From Amphiscolops sp. MND2022 (lineage: Eukaryota), in contig OZ076417.1 in NCBI GenBank assembly GCA_964187785.1, positions 34,224,001 to 34,288,000 on the forward strand: 64,000 nucleotides of DNA. Reading direction: 5' to 3'. Position numbers and translations under genes: made by a program. The notes under the pieces are model-generated. The model was not told where the DNA came from. It did no database searches and worked only from the letters and a program-made list of their open reading frames with translations. The stretch's first letter is position 1. Each line of letters begins with the position of its first letter. Shown here piece by piece: positions 9,484 through 19,964 of this stretch.

Positions 9484-12324
9484 AGAAACGACCTGACCGG
9501 GATGGCAAGCAACGAGATTTTGGAAGATTTTCGCAAGTATTTCTTTGATAATTGCAGTGGACTTTGCGGTCGTTTGAAGGCGCCAAGGATACCGTTAAGA
9601 AATAAGTGGAATGGAGCATGACTGCTCTGGTTCCTGAACAATCGGTAAATGGGTTGTTGCTTCCGTCTCGCCGAATGACTCAAAAGGAAAACCTGTCTCT
9701 TCAATACCAACGAAAAGTTCACTGGAAGTGGAATCACAAGCTGTTATGGAGGCTGCTGTTGATGGAGATATACTTTGAGATTGTGATCCGGTTGACGTAC
9801 TGGACACGACGCTGCTCTGCGAATCAGGACATGGGAGAGGAGGTGCGTCAATGAAAAACTCATCGTATTGTTCCGATAAAGTTTTAAAGTGATTTGCGCA
9901 AACACTGCCTGGGCATGAATCAGAAGGACAACGCCAGGCTGATTTCTTATTGCAACGATTAATGGAGCAGGAGAACTTGCTGAGCTTTGTATCAACTGTA
10001 AATGGGAATCGGTGGCAAGTGCATTTGAAAATGTTTTGGCCGCCAAAGAACAACAATGACTTCGTTGCGGCAGACAAAGGATGATCAAGAGACTGATAAA
10101 TAAGAAGGTTCCACGTACGGTTGAACCTGTGTAAAATTCTTTCGTCTCTTTAAAACTTTGAAAAGACGGACAGTGAACGTGCCACCAACCTTCGAAAGTT
10201 GGACTGTACCTAAAAACGAAAGTCATGGAATCTTCAGCCAATGCAAGCAACAGTGAATAAATATTGTCATTACTTTGAACGAGCAAAGGAAATGGGGAAG
10301 CTCTGGAATCGTCTTCGGAACAAATGACAGCAAACATGGATATGGAAGCATTTCGAATCTCGGGAAAGAGGTCGGTTACGTTGTTTCGTATAAGATTTCT
10401 CTGGGGTAAATAATAACAAGCGGAAGAATTATTTATTTCGAAGAAATAATTCATGATTGACAAGAAGTTGGACGTTACAAAATTTGGCATCGCAAAAAAT
10501 GTGACAAATTCGTCCATCAATTTAGCCGTGGCAGTGGAGTTAACACCAGGCGGTTTGGAAGAGCTGTTGGCAAATTTACTAAGTGTTGCAATATATTTCT
10601 GGCTGTTGATGTTCTCCAACAAGCAATGACCCAAGAACTCTAAATGACTGTGGAAGAAAACAATAATAGACACGGCGAAGTGAATTTGGCAGAATACTTT
10701 AGAAAAGGAATAAGGTTGAATACCGTGCTTGTGATCAGAATGCAAAAGTAGAAGAGACGGTGGTATGGAAAATGTCTTCGAAAAGGTTGAATCTAAATAC
10801 AGTTTGATGCTGGCCAAAGAGAACAACGATAACTTTGAACCTGACGAAACGTGGTGTGTAATTAACTCTGCAGGAACAGGCGCTACGTTTCGGGCGATAG
10901 AATTGAAGAAGTCTTCGTTAATTTCGTTGGAGTTCAACAAATGTGTCAACAAACTTCGAACGTCTTTCCTGTTGTTGTACACTAAGGATTCGTTTCTAGG
11001 TAGAAGGTTGTCACTTTTTACGTTGTAACATCTTAAGGATGTTAACTGTAGCGAACTTATCCCATCGTAACCACCCTTGCTTGTCGCCAGTGTATACGTG
11101 TGAGAAAAAGTGCCAACTTTCATGGGTGTGACATTTCTTGGCTTAGAATTCAACAAAGAGAAACGATCGGCAAATGGATGGAGAAGATTACCCAAAGGTG
11201 ACGTGGGAACGTGAATCATGTTCTTATTGAGGACATTATGAACTCTGCAAGTTTTCAAAAAGACGCCTTTAGTGTTAACCTCCAAATGAGGCGCACAGAT
11301 GAAACTGTCCAAATGGTTAGATGACTGAAAGAAATCAGACCTGATAGCCCTAATTTTTTTTGCAATCAGCACCAAAACTGACAAAGTCTGGAATCAAAAG
11401 GTTTAACACGTGGACAAAAGACACGTTCGAACAACATCCTATAAGGGCTGAACAACCGGCAGGACACTTTATAAATGGAAAAGCAAATTTGTCCAACAAG
11501 AACTTCAAATTGTGACATTTGTATTGTGCAAGCAACGCGGTAAACTCCTGATATTTCAAACCAAAATCCTCAAACAAATGGGTATTTCCATCGGGTAAAG
11601 GGAAATTTTGTGAGGCTGCCTTTTCCCAGGAGGCCCGCAACTCGGGGGGAAGTAAGGTATAGAAGTATTGGCCATTAATTTTGTATTTGCCAGGGAAAAA
11701 AATAAGGGTACAAAACACTGTTGGCCAGGCATAACTCCAAACGTTCTTTTGGAAGTATTGCCTGCACAATCCGCATACTGTAATTGTGCGCCCACTACGG
11801 ACGTCGTTGAGAGAAACATGAGTTCCAAATTGTCTTCGAGAAAGGTGAGTGCCCAATACAAATGTTGCTAAAGAAAGCGGATAAAATGCTGTGTTTTGTC
11901 GCCAGCAAATACCGCAGAGGTCATCAGTATGCACACATGTGTACGCAGAGTGGGAGCCAGTTTTGAAATAGTCCATTTGGAATACGAATTCAGTGTGGTA
12001 AGTTGAAACAGTTGATTGTGACACAGAAGCATTGAGATGTGCTGACGAAGACACATCGTATTCCAGGTTATCTGATCCACGTGAAACATCGTTTCCACCA
12101 TTATCGAATTGTGGACGATTTCTGGGCGAAAGATTCTGGTATTCGTGGACAAGAGGAAAGTGTGAAACATTAATGAAATCAGCAGTTGGTGAATCATGTC
12201 CATTGGCAATATTTTCAGGGCCATCGACTACAAAAGTGTCTTCTGTGTTATCATGGTTACATGGCACAGATGAAAACCTCCCAGTTGAATCTCTAACAAC
12301 CTGTCGCTTTTTAGGCATTTTCAT
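9484..12324 (-). pseudogene. ~900-aa Cys-rich N-terminal region of the Rep-helicase polyprotein, split by frameshifts
   Basis: Overlapping ORFs 11350-12324, 9744-11384, 9595-10077 and 9462-9737 join by single-base shifts, one in an 8-T run near 11354-11361. Cys clusters CGIC...CGLC and CTCH...C...C...C...CANH. Confidence 0.62.
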
Positions 12325-14115
12325 GCAATACCACTATATGCCACCTAAGTTATAACTATAATGGGTAGACATTCTGTAGGCATAGCGACATCAACGTAGG
12401 ACACAACAAAATGCAGGCATTGAGCACAGAAATTAGAGGTTCACAGTTTTGGTGAAGGGAGAAACTTGTATGTATTGGTATACGCGACTAAAAACGTAGT
12501 AAATGAGACAGAAAGAAGGTTTGGGAATTAATCCAAATACTGACGCCACCTAAGTGTTAACTATTGTGGGTAGACGCAATTACAAGGTTCTTTATGAAGA
12601 GCATCAATTCTAAATACATAGCAGGTGAGTAATGTGAAGATTAGAAACCAAAGCGTGCGCCACATTGATTAATACAATTTAAATAAGGCACAAAAACATG
12701 AGCGAAAGTTTCAGTCAATCAGCAAAGTCGTCAGGATTCCAGCAAAAGTGTAGCAGCACAGATGAAATTGGCAATAATGGCAAGTTCTCTGGTGACATTA
12801 CTGTAACGCGAGCATATCACTGAAAAGATTTGTTTATGTAACAGAAAGGTAGGTAAAAAAACCAAAGATGTTTATACCGTAATTGTTGAAGTAAAAGAAA
12901 AAGACCTTGAAATAGAATACATATACGTATTCAAAAGTAATTGCCAACCACGTGCAATATTTTGTTTAAACAGAGGTGGACAAGTAAACGAAACAAAAGA
13001 ACCTTGTTGAAATGAACCAAAAAATAGCAATAATTCAGGAAGTTATGCGAAAAATGTGTTGTCTGTGTTCTATTGGATTGAAACGTATCGGATAAAAAAA
13101 GCAAAAAAAAATATCACGGATGTTTTAAAAATTCTTGTAAAAATTTGTAGAAGTAATTTTCTACAATTGAAACGTATTATCTGGACACGTTTTTTCGAAC
13201 AACAATTGCTAAAAACATTGTAACAGAGATAAAGTTAACGAACGGTCCTACCATAAGAAGAACAACGGGCATTAGGTCGATAATGTGGCAACCTATAATG
13301 GGTGAGCCTTGGAGGTCCACCTAAGGTCATTTTAATTATTAATGAAATTAAAACACGTAACACATACCAAATTGTTAATTTGATTGCTACAAAACAAATC
13401 AAGTATTCAATTGAACAATTAAACAAACACTTACAAGAGATTGCATTAAAAATCAGGTCATTCATCGATAAACAAATCTTGAAAACGCAACACAAGTGGA
13501 GGAAAGTAGCATCATAATGGTAATAAAATGCAATCGGATTTACACAAGGTAACTATTGCTTATACTACTTACAATAAAATGAAACAACCAATGTTACAGC
13601 AATGAAGCAACGTCATTGTTAATGTTATTTTGAAGCATCTGTAAATGGTTACAGCTGAAATTTTTTAAATTCTCTATATTGAAACGAGTGACTCTTTTTG
13701 AATGGGGTACAGAAATGGATAATTGAAAAAGTTAGAATGATAATGTAATTGAAAACAACGTTATTTTCTTTATAAATGAAGTAACAGGGATATCATGATT
13801 GTTTTATCGTTAGGAAACAGATTAGGAAGGAGTAACCATTTTTAAGCCAACATAGAATTCGGTTAAAATGAATGTTTTTTCATAGCTTGAACACCGTAGC
13901 TTCTAAAAGAAGCAAAGAGTGTTAAAATAACTTGTGAGAATGTGACAGAACGATGTAACAATGATAAAACTGTGGCCAAAAGTTGCAAAGCAAATGAAGA
14001 CATTGAATCATAATATGTCTAAATGAAATGCACGAGCACATGTGACAAGAAAAAAATCAATGGTCATCTACATGATGAAAAAACAGGGAGACTTTCATCA
14101 TTGAAACGTGTGAAC

Positions 14116-15042
14116 CTAATACCGTCGTATAATTTTTTTCTTCAATAAAGCTTGTAGGTTGAAAATGCCAATGGTAGTCAAGTGTACTCCATCTGCCTCG
14201 TAAATATTTTTGTTATTCATTTTTGATCCAGGACCGTGGTAGATATATCCATGCTGATATGCACGATCATGCAAAATCTGATTAAGAGAGCTGATTGGTT
14301 CATAGTAGAGGGGATCTGCTCGCATTAAAACACCAACAACGTGGATGGCATCGACGAAGGCACTGATTCTGTAGACCTGAGCAACAATTTGCTTGAAGAC
14401 CTGAAACAAAAAATACATTATAATCCGATATGTACTTGGCAACAATGTCAGCAAATGTGAAATTGTTATTTCATTAGAAACATAGTTTCGAGATGTTCCA
14501 ATTGTTATAGGTGATGTGAAGATAATTAACAAGCAAATTGATCACATCTGTATGCCATGAAAATGAAACTTTGTTGTAAAAACGACCAATGCCAATAAAG
14601 CGTGGAAATTGACTTAAGTACACTATGCGAAGCCTATTGTGGGTGAGCCGCATGGACCCACCTAAGGCTGACAAGGAATATCTCGTGATGAATATTTCAT
14701 TTGTTAAAGGGTTAACAATATTAAATGTGAAGTACATGTCAAGTAATAAAAAAAGACACAGTCAATAATTAGAAAAACATATCGTTGAAAAATGTGCTAC
14801 GTTATACTTGAAAAACTTACTGCCTCCGGAGAATCAGCTGGCCGACCTTTCCACTGCTTGAGACCGTTGCCTCCGATGAATAAAATAGCCTGCTGGTATT
14901 GACCACGTTGAAGTCCCTCGATGGCATTAGTTAAACGATGGTCATTAGCTCTGGCTCCACTGAATGCAATTACATTAGTTTCGGGCAAAGACAAAGACGC
15001 TGCCGTGGAGTCGGACAGCAACAGAAATTTAGAAATTGACAT
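14116..15042 (-). CDS. SGNH/GDSL-type hydrolase (168 aa), two exons: 15042-14821 and 14400-14116
   Basis: Blocks LLSDS, FSGARA, FIGGN and DGVHL are all present. Donor GTAAGT at 14820, acceptor TTTGTTTCAG at 14401, both phase 0. Confidence 0.75.
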
Positions 15043-15199
15043 AGTTTCTGGAAATACTTCTCAGGGTTACTTGGACAGATAAACGTAAGCATTGCGAAAA
15101 TTGTGTTTAAAAAATACGAAAATTGTTTTTAAAAAGTTCAAATTTAATGTAATAAAATGAAGTCAGCGTTAAACATAGCCAAAGCTTTTCAGAAGCACT

Positions 15200-16350
15200 G
15201 TACAAGTGTACTGATTGGTTTTTGGGCGTCACTGTGGCACACTGGCATTTTTCACCTTATGGTTGAAGACCGTTAGGAGCGTTGTTGGGCAGAAATGGGC
15301 TATCGGTAAGTCCGAGTCGTGCAAAAAAATGCTACATACCATCTCTTTGCATTTTATTCACGCCATGCAGCATATATTGAAAACTTTTTATAACCATTCA
15401 ATAGACCAGTGGCCCACGTTCATTTTTGAAAAAGTGACTCATGATGCTATCTGTAGTCTGCGAGGAGATATGCATACCCGAAATGTTGTTACGATGTGAC
15501 ACTATAACTCTCGGACCCACGTAAAAATTCGAAATTCTTTCTGAAGCTTCCTACCAGTGTTCTGATGTGTTTTTGGGCGCCACCATGTCACACTGACAAA
15601 TTTTGATCAAAAGGCCCGAGACCGTTCGGACCGTTCCTAAAGAGAAAATCACGTTTTTGTAAGTCCGAGTCGACATGAAAAATTGAAAACAACACTTCTG
15701 AAAATTTTTTCCTTTCACTATGGCAACTAAGGTATGATGTTTGCACTCAGTCGTTAGACCGCTGCCCCATGTTCATTTTCATAGAGGTGACCCACGGTGC
15801 TATCTGTACTCAGTTATGAGTAACATGATTATGAAATGTTCATACAACGTAACAGATCAACTCGGACCGTGACTCAAAAAAATCAAATTTTTCCAGAGGC
15901 CTCTTAGAGGTCAACCGATGTCATTTTGGTCGTCACAATAGCTCACTGACAATTTTTGGTTATATTGTTAGAGACCGTGCGGCCCGTTGTTGACAAGGAA
16001 GTCACATGTATCGAAATATGAGCTGATTTACAAAAAAATCATTCCTCACTATAAGGCATTTTTTGGCACCACTATTGCCCCAGGCCTATTTTGCGATAGT
16101 ACCGTGAGTAGACCCCAGCCCCTTGATCTTTTTCATAAATATGACTTCCGCTGCTACTGGTGCTGCATAGTGAGTACTTTAATGAAATGTACATTATAAA
16201 AAATTTCATCCTAGCTCATCATGCCATACACTAAAAAAATCGACTTTTTTAATATGAACCTTACACGTGTATAAACTACATTTTTGAAACCCTCATTGAA
16301 TGCTGACAATTTTTGATCTTATGGTCCGAGACCGTTCGGACCGTTTAACG
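15200..16350. repeat. Diverged ~355-bp tandem repeat, about 4 units
   Basis: The anchor TTTTTGG...CACTGACAAWTTTTG...GAGACCGTTCGGACCGTT recurs near 15212, 15563, 15917 and 16278. Confidence 0.65.
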
Positions 16351-16754
16351 TGCTCAAATTGACCTATAAGCCTAGGTGATATTGGTGATACTTAACATTT
16401 TGGCATTTTTTGGCACTTTGAGTGCCCCGATCGGCACTTTTTTGGCACCATCATTCGACGCGCCACACTTCACAACTTTTTGTTAGTATGCATCATTGGG
16501 CTAGCGTGCACCGTGTAAAAGTTATTAAAGGTAAACTTTATATACCAACAAATTTATCCCTTTTATCTTCAAAAAATACGGTATTTCGGCATGACCGAAT
16601 ATTTTTTCGGCAAAACGTCAGCAGAAAAAAATTCTTGTCTTCCCAAAATATGGGTGCATGCAAAAAATTAGCCGGTTCTGACGGTTCATTTTCGAGATCG
16701 CATTTTTTAGGGGGCATGTTTGCTAATACGTAAGCTTGGCTTCGCGAAGTTCAA

Positions 16755-16811
16755 GCCGGCGAAGGAAACCCTACCCTCGCCGGCGGAAAGGGCTGGGGAC
16801 AACACCCCGGC
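16755..16811. other. Two adjacent GC-rich hairpins, candidate terminal structure of the Helitron-like element
   Basis: GCCGGCGA (16755-16762) pairs with TCGCCGGC (16777-16784); GCTGGGG (16792-16798) pairs with CCCCGGC (16805-16811). The surrounding DNA is AT-rich. Confidence 0.6.
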
Positions 16812-16867
16812 GCACGGACGGTTCCTCAGGAACTATTGATCATTCAAGTTCCTCACAAAAAGTCACC

Positions 16868-17223
16868 ATGAATCTCGTTTCTAATGCTTCCATGGATACT
16901 TTCTACGGAAACACGTTGTCCAGTTTTACCACACTTCTACCAACACCAATCCATCTTTCGGGAGAATGGCAGGTGGCTTTAGTGGAGATTGCTTGGCCCA
17001 ATAGCCTTCAAAATGTGACTGTGGGCGAATTTACTGTATCCAAAAGACACATCCGAAGCCCGGACGGTGGCGGTCGGCGGCGGCAGTAAACGAAGGAATT
17101 ACACGAAACGTCAAATTATCATCGGGGAATAGAAAGCGGAGTAATCTTTCAAACATTTCTTCAAAAGCCCGCGCCAAGAGAAGTCGGTCCGACATTTTGT
17201 CTGAAATTCAATTTGCCCAGTAG
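16868..17223 (+). pseudogene. Polinton minor capsid (penton-like) protein, N-terminal fragment
   Basis: MNLVSNASMDTFYGNTLSSFTTLLPTPIHLSGEWQVALVEI matches the N-terminus of this family as I recall it. The C-terminal half is not recognisable. Confidence 0.72.
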
Positions 17224-17238
17224 AGTCAAGTTCAGAGG

Positions 17239-18558
17239 ATGGCATCAGTTAACAATATGTTTGTTGGCAATTCCTTGGAAATTGCAAAACCAGTGACACA
17301 CAGCGCTCCAGAAAAACCTGAAGTAATGATCAATTACGAAGGGTCCTACGACCAAGACGTTTTCCCGCACGTGGGATGCCGTGGACCTCAATTGGTTTTT
17401 TTTGCCGCTGAAGCGAAAAATTTGATTGACTTGAACCGCATTGTTCTCAGCGTTGAAGTTGCCATCTATCATGATGACGGAAAGACAAAGGCTAAACCAG
17501 GCGAATTTGAGGCCGTTTTCTCCAACAATACCCTCCACACACTCTTTTCCTATAAAGAATTGTACCTAAACGGAAAACTGATTTCTCACAGCAACAATTG
17601 CTACTTGCATTCAGCTTTTGTGGAAACTAAATTGACCACCGACACCGATAGTAAAGCTCCGTGGGCCAAATGTCAAGGCTTCAACTATTTAGCCAAGTCC
17701 AATGAGAAGGATCAAATGTTCAACAAGCTTGCAGCTGATTTTGCTCAACTGAAAGAATGCAAAATGCAGTTATGCGGTGCCCTCCACATTGACTTTTTGG
17801 ATTGCGAAAAACTTTTACTGCCCAATGTCACTACATATTCGGCTCTCTCGTTTGCCAAGTAACACAATCATCCATCTCAAATGCACCGATGACGAAGCAA
17901 AAGCACACGAAGGAAAACTCTTGGCCATTGTCGAGAAGGCTTATCTTTTTGTGAGGAAAGTTGTAGTGACAGACAGTGTTAAACTGTCAATAGAGAGAGC
18001 ATTGGTGAAAAGCGATGCAATATATCCATATGCTGAAAACTTGAACAAACGTTTCAATATTCAATCCGGACAGAATTGTTTTATCAAGGAAAACATCTTT
18101 GGCACCGAGCCAATTCGACGACTAACTTTGTGCATGGTTAAAAACTCTGTTCCGTAGTACGCCACTGAACGAGTCTCCTTTCTCATACAAAAGTTCAACT
18201 TGCAAAGAGTGGAAATCCAAAGTGGCAATGGTGTGCCTTTAGCAGGGACACCATTGAATACTACAAACAATGTGAGATTGTACTACAACACCATCACAGC
18301 CCTTGGATTCACCCAAAAGAGTAACGGTATCAGCCTTGAGGATTACACAGACAACCATTTCTTTCTTGTGTTCGACTTGACATCAACTGAAGAAGCTAGT
18401 AAAACCTTCACATTATTTCCCGAGCTAACGGGATCCAGTTTGACTCTGAAGCTGTACTTGATGATGCCATTGAACTTTTTTTGATTGGGGAGCGATTTAG
18501 TCAGGTCTTCATTGACTCTGCGCGCAATATAAAGAAAAACAGCCCCTTTGATGGATAG
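17239..18558 (+). pseudogene. Polinton/adintovirus major capsid protein (double jelly-roll), frameshifted
   Basis: ORFs 17239-17862, 17777-18157 and 18200-18484 plus a tail ELFLIGERFSQVFID. Motifs NNTLHTLFS, ELYLNGKLIS and FFLVFDLT. Located between penton and protease. Confidence 0.82.
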
Positions 18559-19091
18559 TGGAACGTTGCACCGTGTTATTCTACTAAATCCACGTTTAAT
18601 TTCCAGTTTCGCTGGTATTTGGTCTGCCGACAATTATCCCAAGCAGCCAGCATGGAACTTCATGTTGAACAAAAAGCGAAGACAGAAAAACATTTTGTAC
18701 CCAAGACCTCGTTTGGCTTGGTTCCAAATTATCAACACATCCCCAGCGGGTGCATTGGGAAAACATTGGCTGCTACTGGGTGCCGTGGTAACTAAAGAAA
18801 GCAGTATTCGAGTTTTTATTTGGGATTGTTTGGGTCAGCCCTTGTCGCACTACGAAGTTTTTGCTCAACGTCTGAGACTTTTGTATAGAGAGACTGGATT
18901 TTTGACGATAAACTTACGCCTACAAAAGTTCAAACATGTGTGGTCTCCACTGTCTTTTCAATATTGAGTACATTGCAAGGAACCCAACAAAGGTACCGAA
19001 CATTGATGCCAAACTAAAGCACTTTACTGAAGTTGAAATTGTTCGTTTTATGAATTGCCAATACAAAACCTTCAGATATATTATTGTATGA
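18551..19091 (+). pseudogene. Adenain-like (C5) maturation cysteine protease, one frameshift
   Basis: IINTS...GKHW (His) and WDCLG (Asp); after a shift near 18925 the frame reads SNMCGLHC (catalytic Cys) and stops at 19089-19091. Confidence 0.85.
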
Positions 19092-19333
19092 AAAACTTCA
19101 ATTCCGATGTATAGACTTTTTACCCAAACTATTCAAAAAAGATGCGGGAATGATTAAGCTAGCCCGAAAGAATTTTAGCAGCTGTAGGCGTGGCTTCAAC
19201 TGTCTTGCTTCGATATAATACATTGCATAAAAACCTTGCAAGAGTTCGGCAATTCGCAAAACCTGATGCATGCTACAGAGATTGATTTTGTTATTTTTAT
19301 AAATACCCAATGTTCCGATGTACAAATTTACGA

Positions 19334-19920
19334 TTAATACAAATTTTCAAATTCAAACGTTTCCGAAGAATTTCCCAACACTACTATCAACAACTCATTT
19401 TCACTGTTAGAGGAAGAATAATTCACTAGTTTTAGGGTGGTTTTGCGAGAAACTTTTCTCCTCGTGTGGTTGCCGACACTGCCGTCACTTGAATGTTCGG
19501 CTTCATAGTCGATGAATGGACAATTATACCGGGATTCGTTGTCATCACTGGCATAATCCACTGACAGATTGTCCCAATCAACAATGCCAGACAGTTGATC
19601 CTCGTCGTTGCCGACAGATAAAGTTTGATTGAAACCAGGATCAGGGGCGCCTAATACAAAAATTCAATTTAAACAATCAAGCAAGCCATGAGAACAAAAT
19701 ATATACATTTTTTTCTGAACAGATTACTTACAAAATTGGGCCACATCCGAGTACCTGGTTCGTTTCAATGGAGTATCTTGCGGCATTGTTTCTGAGGACG
19801 TGGAGGATGAAGACGTGAATGAATCTCCATTGTCACAATCCGAATGAGATTCTTCAGAAGTGGAAGCGCTGCTTTCACTGTCACTACTAGCTCCGCTGTC
19901 GTCAGAAGTATTTGAACGGG
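19334..19920 (-). CDS. Predicted spliced Ser/Asp/Glu-rich C-terminal extension of pPolB (exons 19920-19732 and 19650-19334)
   Basis: Introns 19984-19921 (GTAGTA..TTTAG, 64 nt) and 19731-19651 (GTAAGT..ATTAG, 81 nt) are both phase 1 and keep the frame open: ARSNTSDDSGASSDSESS... Confidence 0.55.
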
Positions 19921-19964
19921 CTAAATTTAAAAAAATGGTTAAAATTCAACACTTTTCTTTTTAG

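Larger units (their letters stand above)
1777..16839 (-). mobile_element. Helitron-like rolling-circle element (~15 kb) encoding Rep-PIF1-GIY-YIG plus two companion genes; boundaries tentative
   Basis: HUH Rep and PIF1 motifs occupy the gap between the Polinton integrase and penton genes. The candidate 3' end (minus strand) is CTAG|T at 1777-1780 with a 7-bp-stem hairpin at 1794-1819. The candidate 5' end A|TC is at 16839/16840, next to GC hairpins at 16755-16811. Confidence 0.68.

Noticed and set aside
13302-13517. 71-aa coiled-coil-like ORF
   Set aside because: GTG start, AT-rich low-information sequence, and it overlaps a non-coding repeated motif.
16736-16867. Arg-rich NLS-like N-terminus on the penton ORF
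   Set aside because: It needs a TTG start and simply reads through the GC hairpins; family similarity starts at about ATG 16868.
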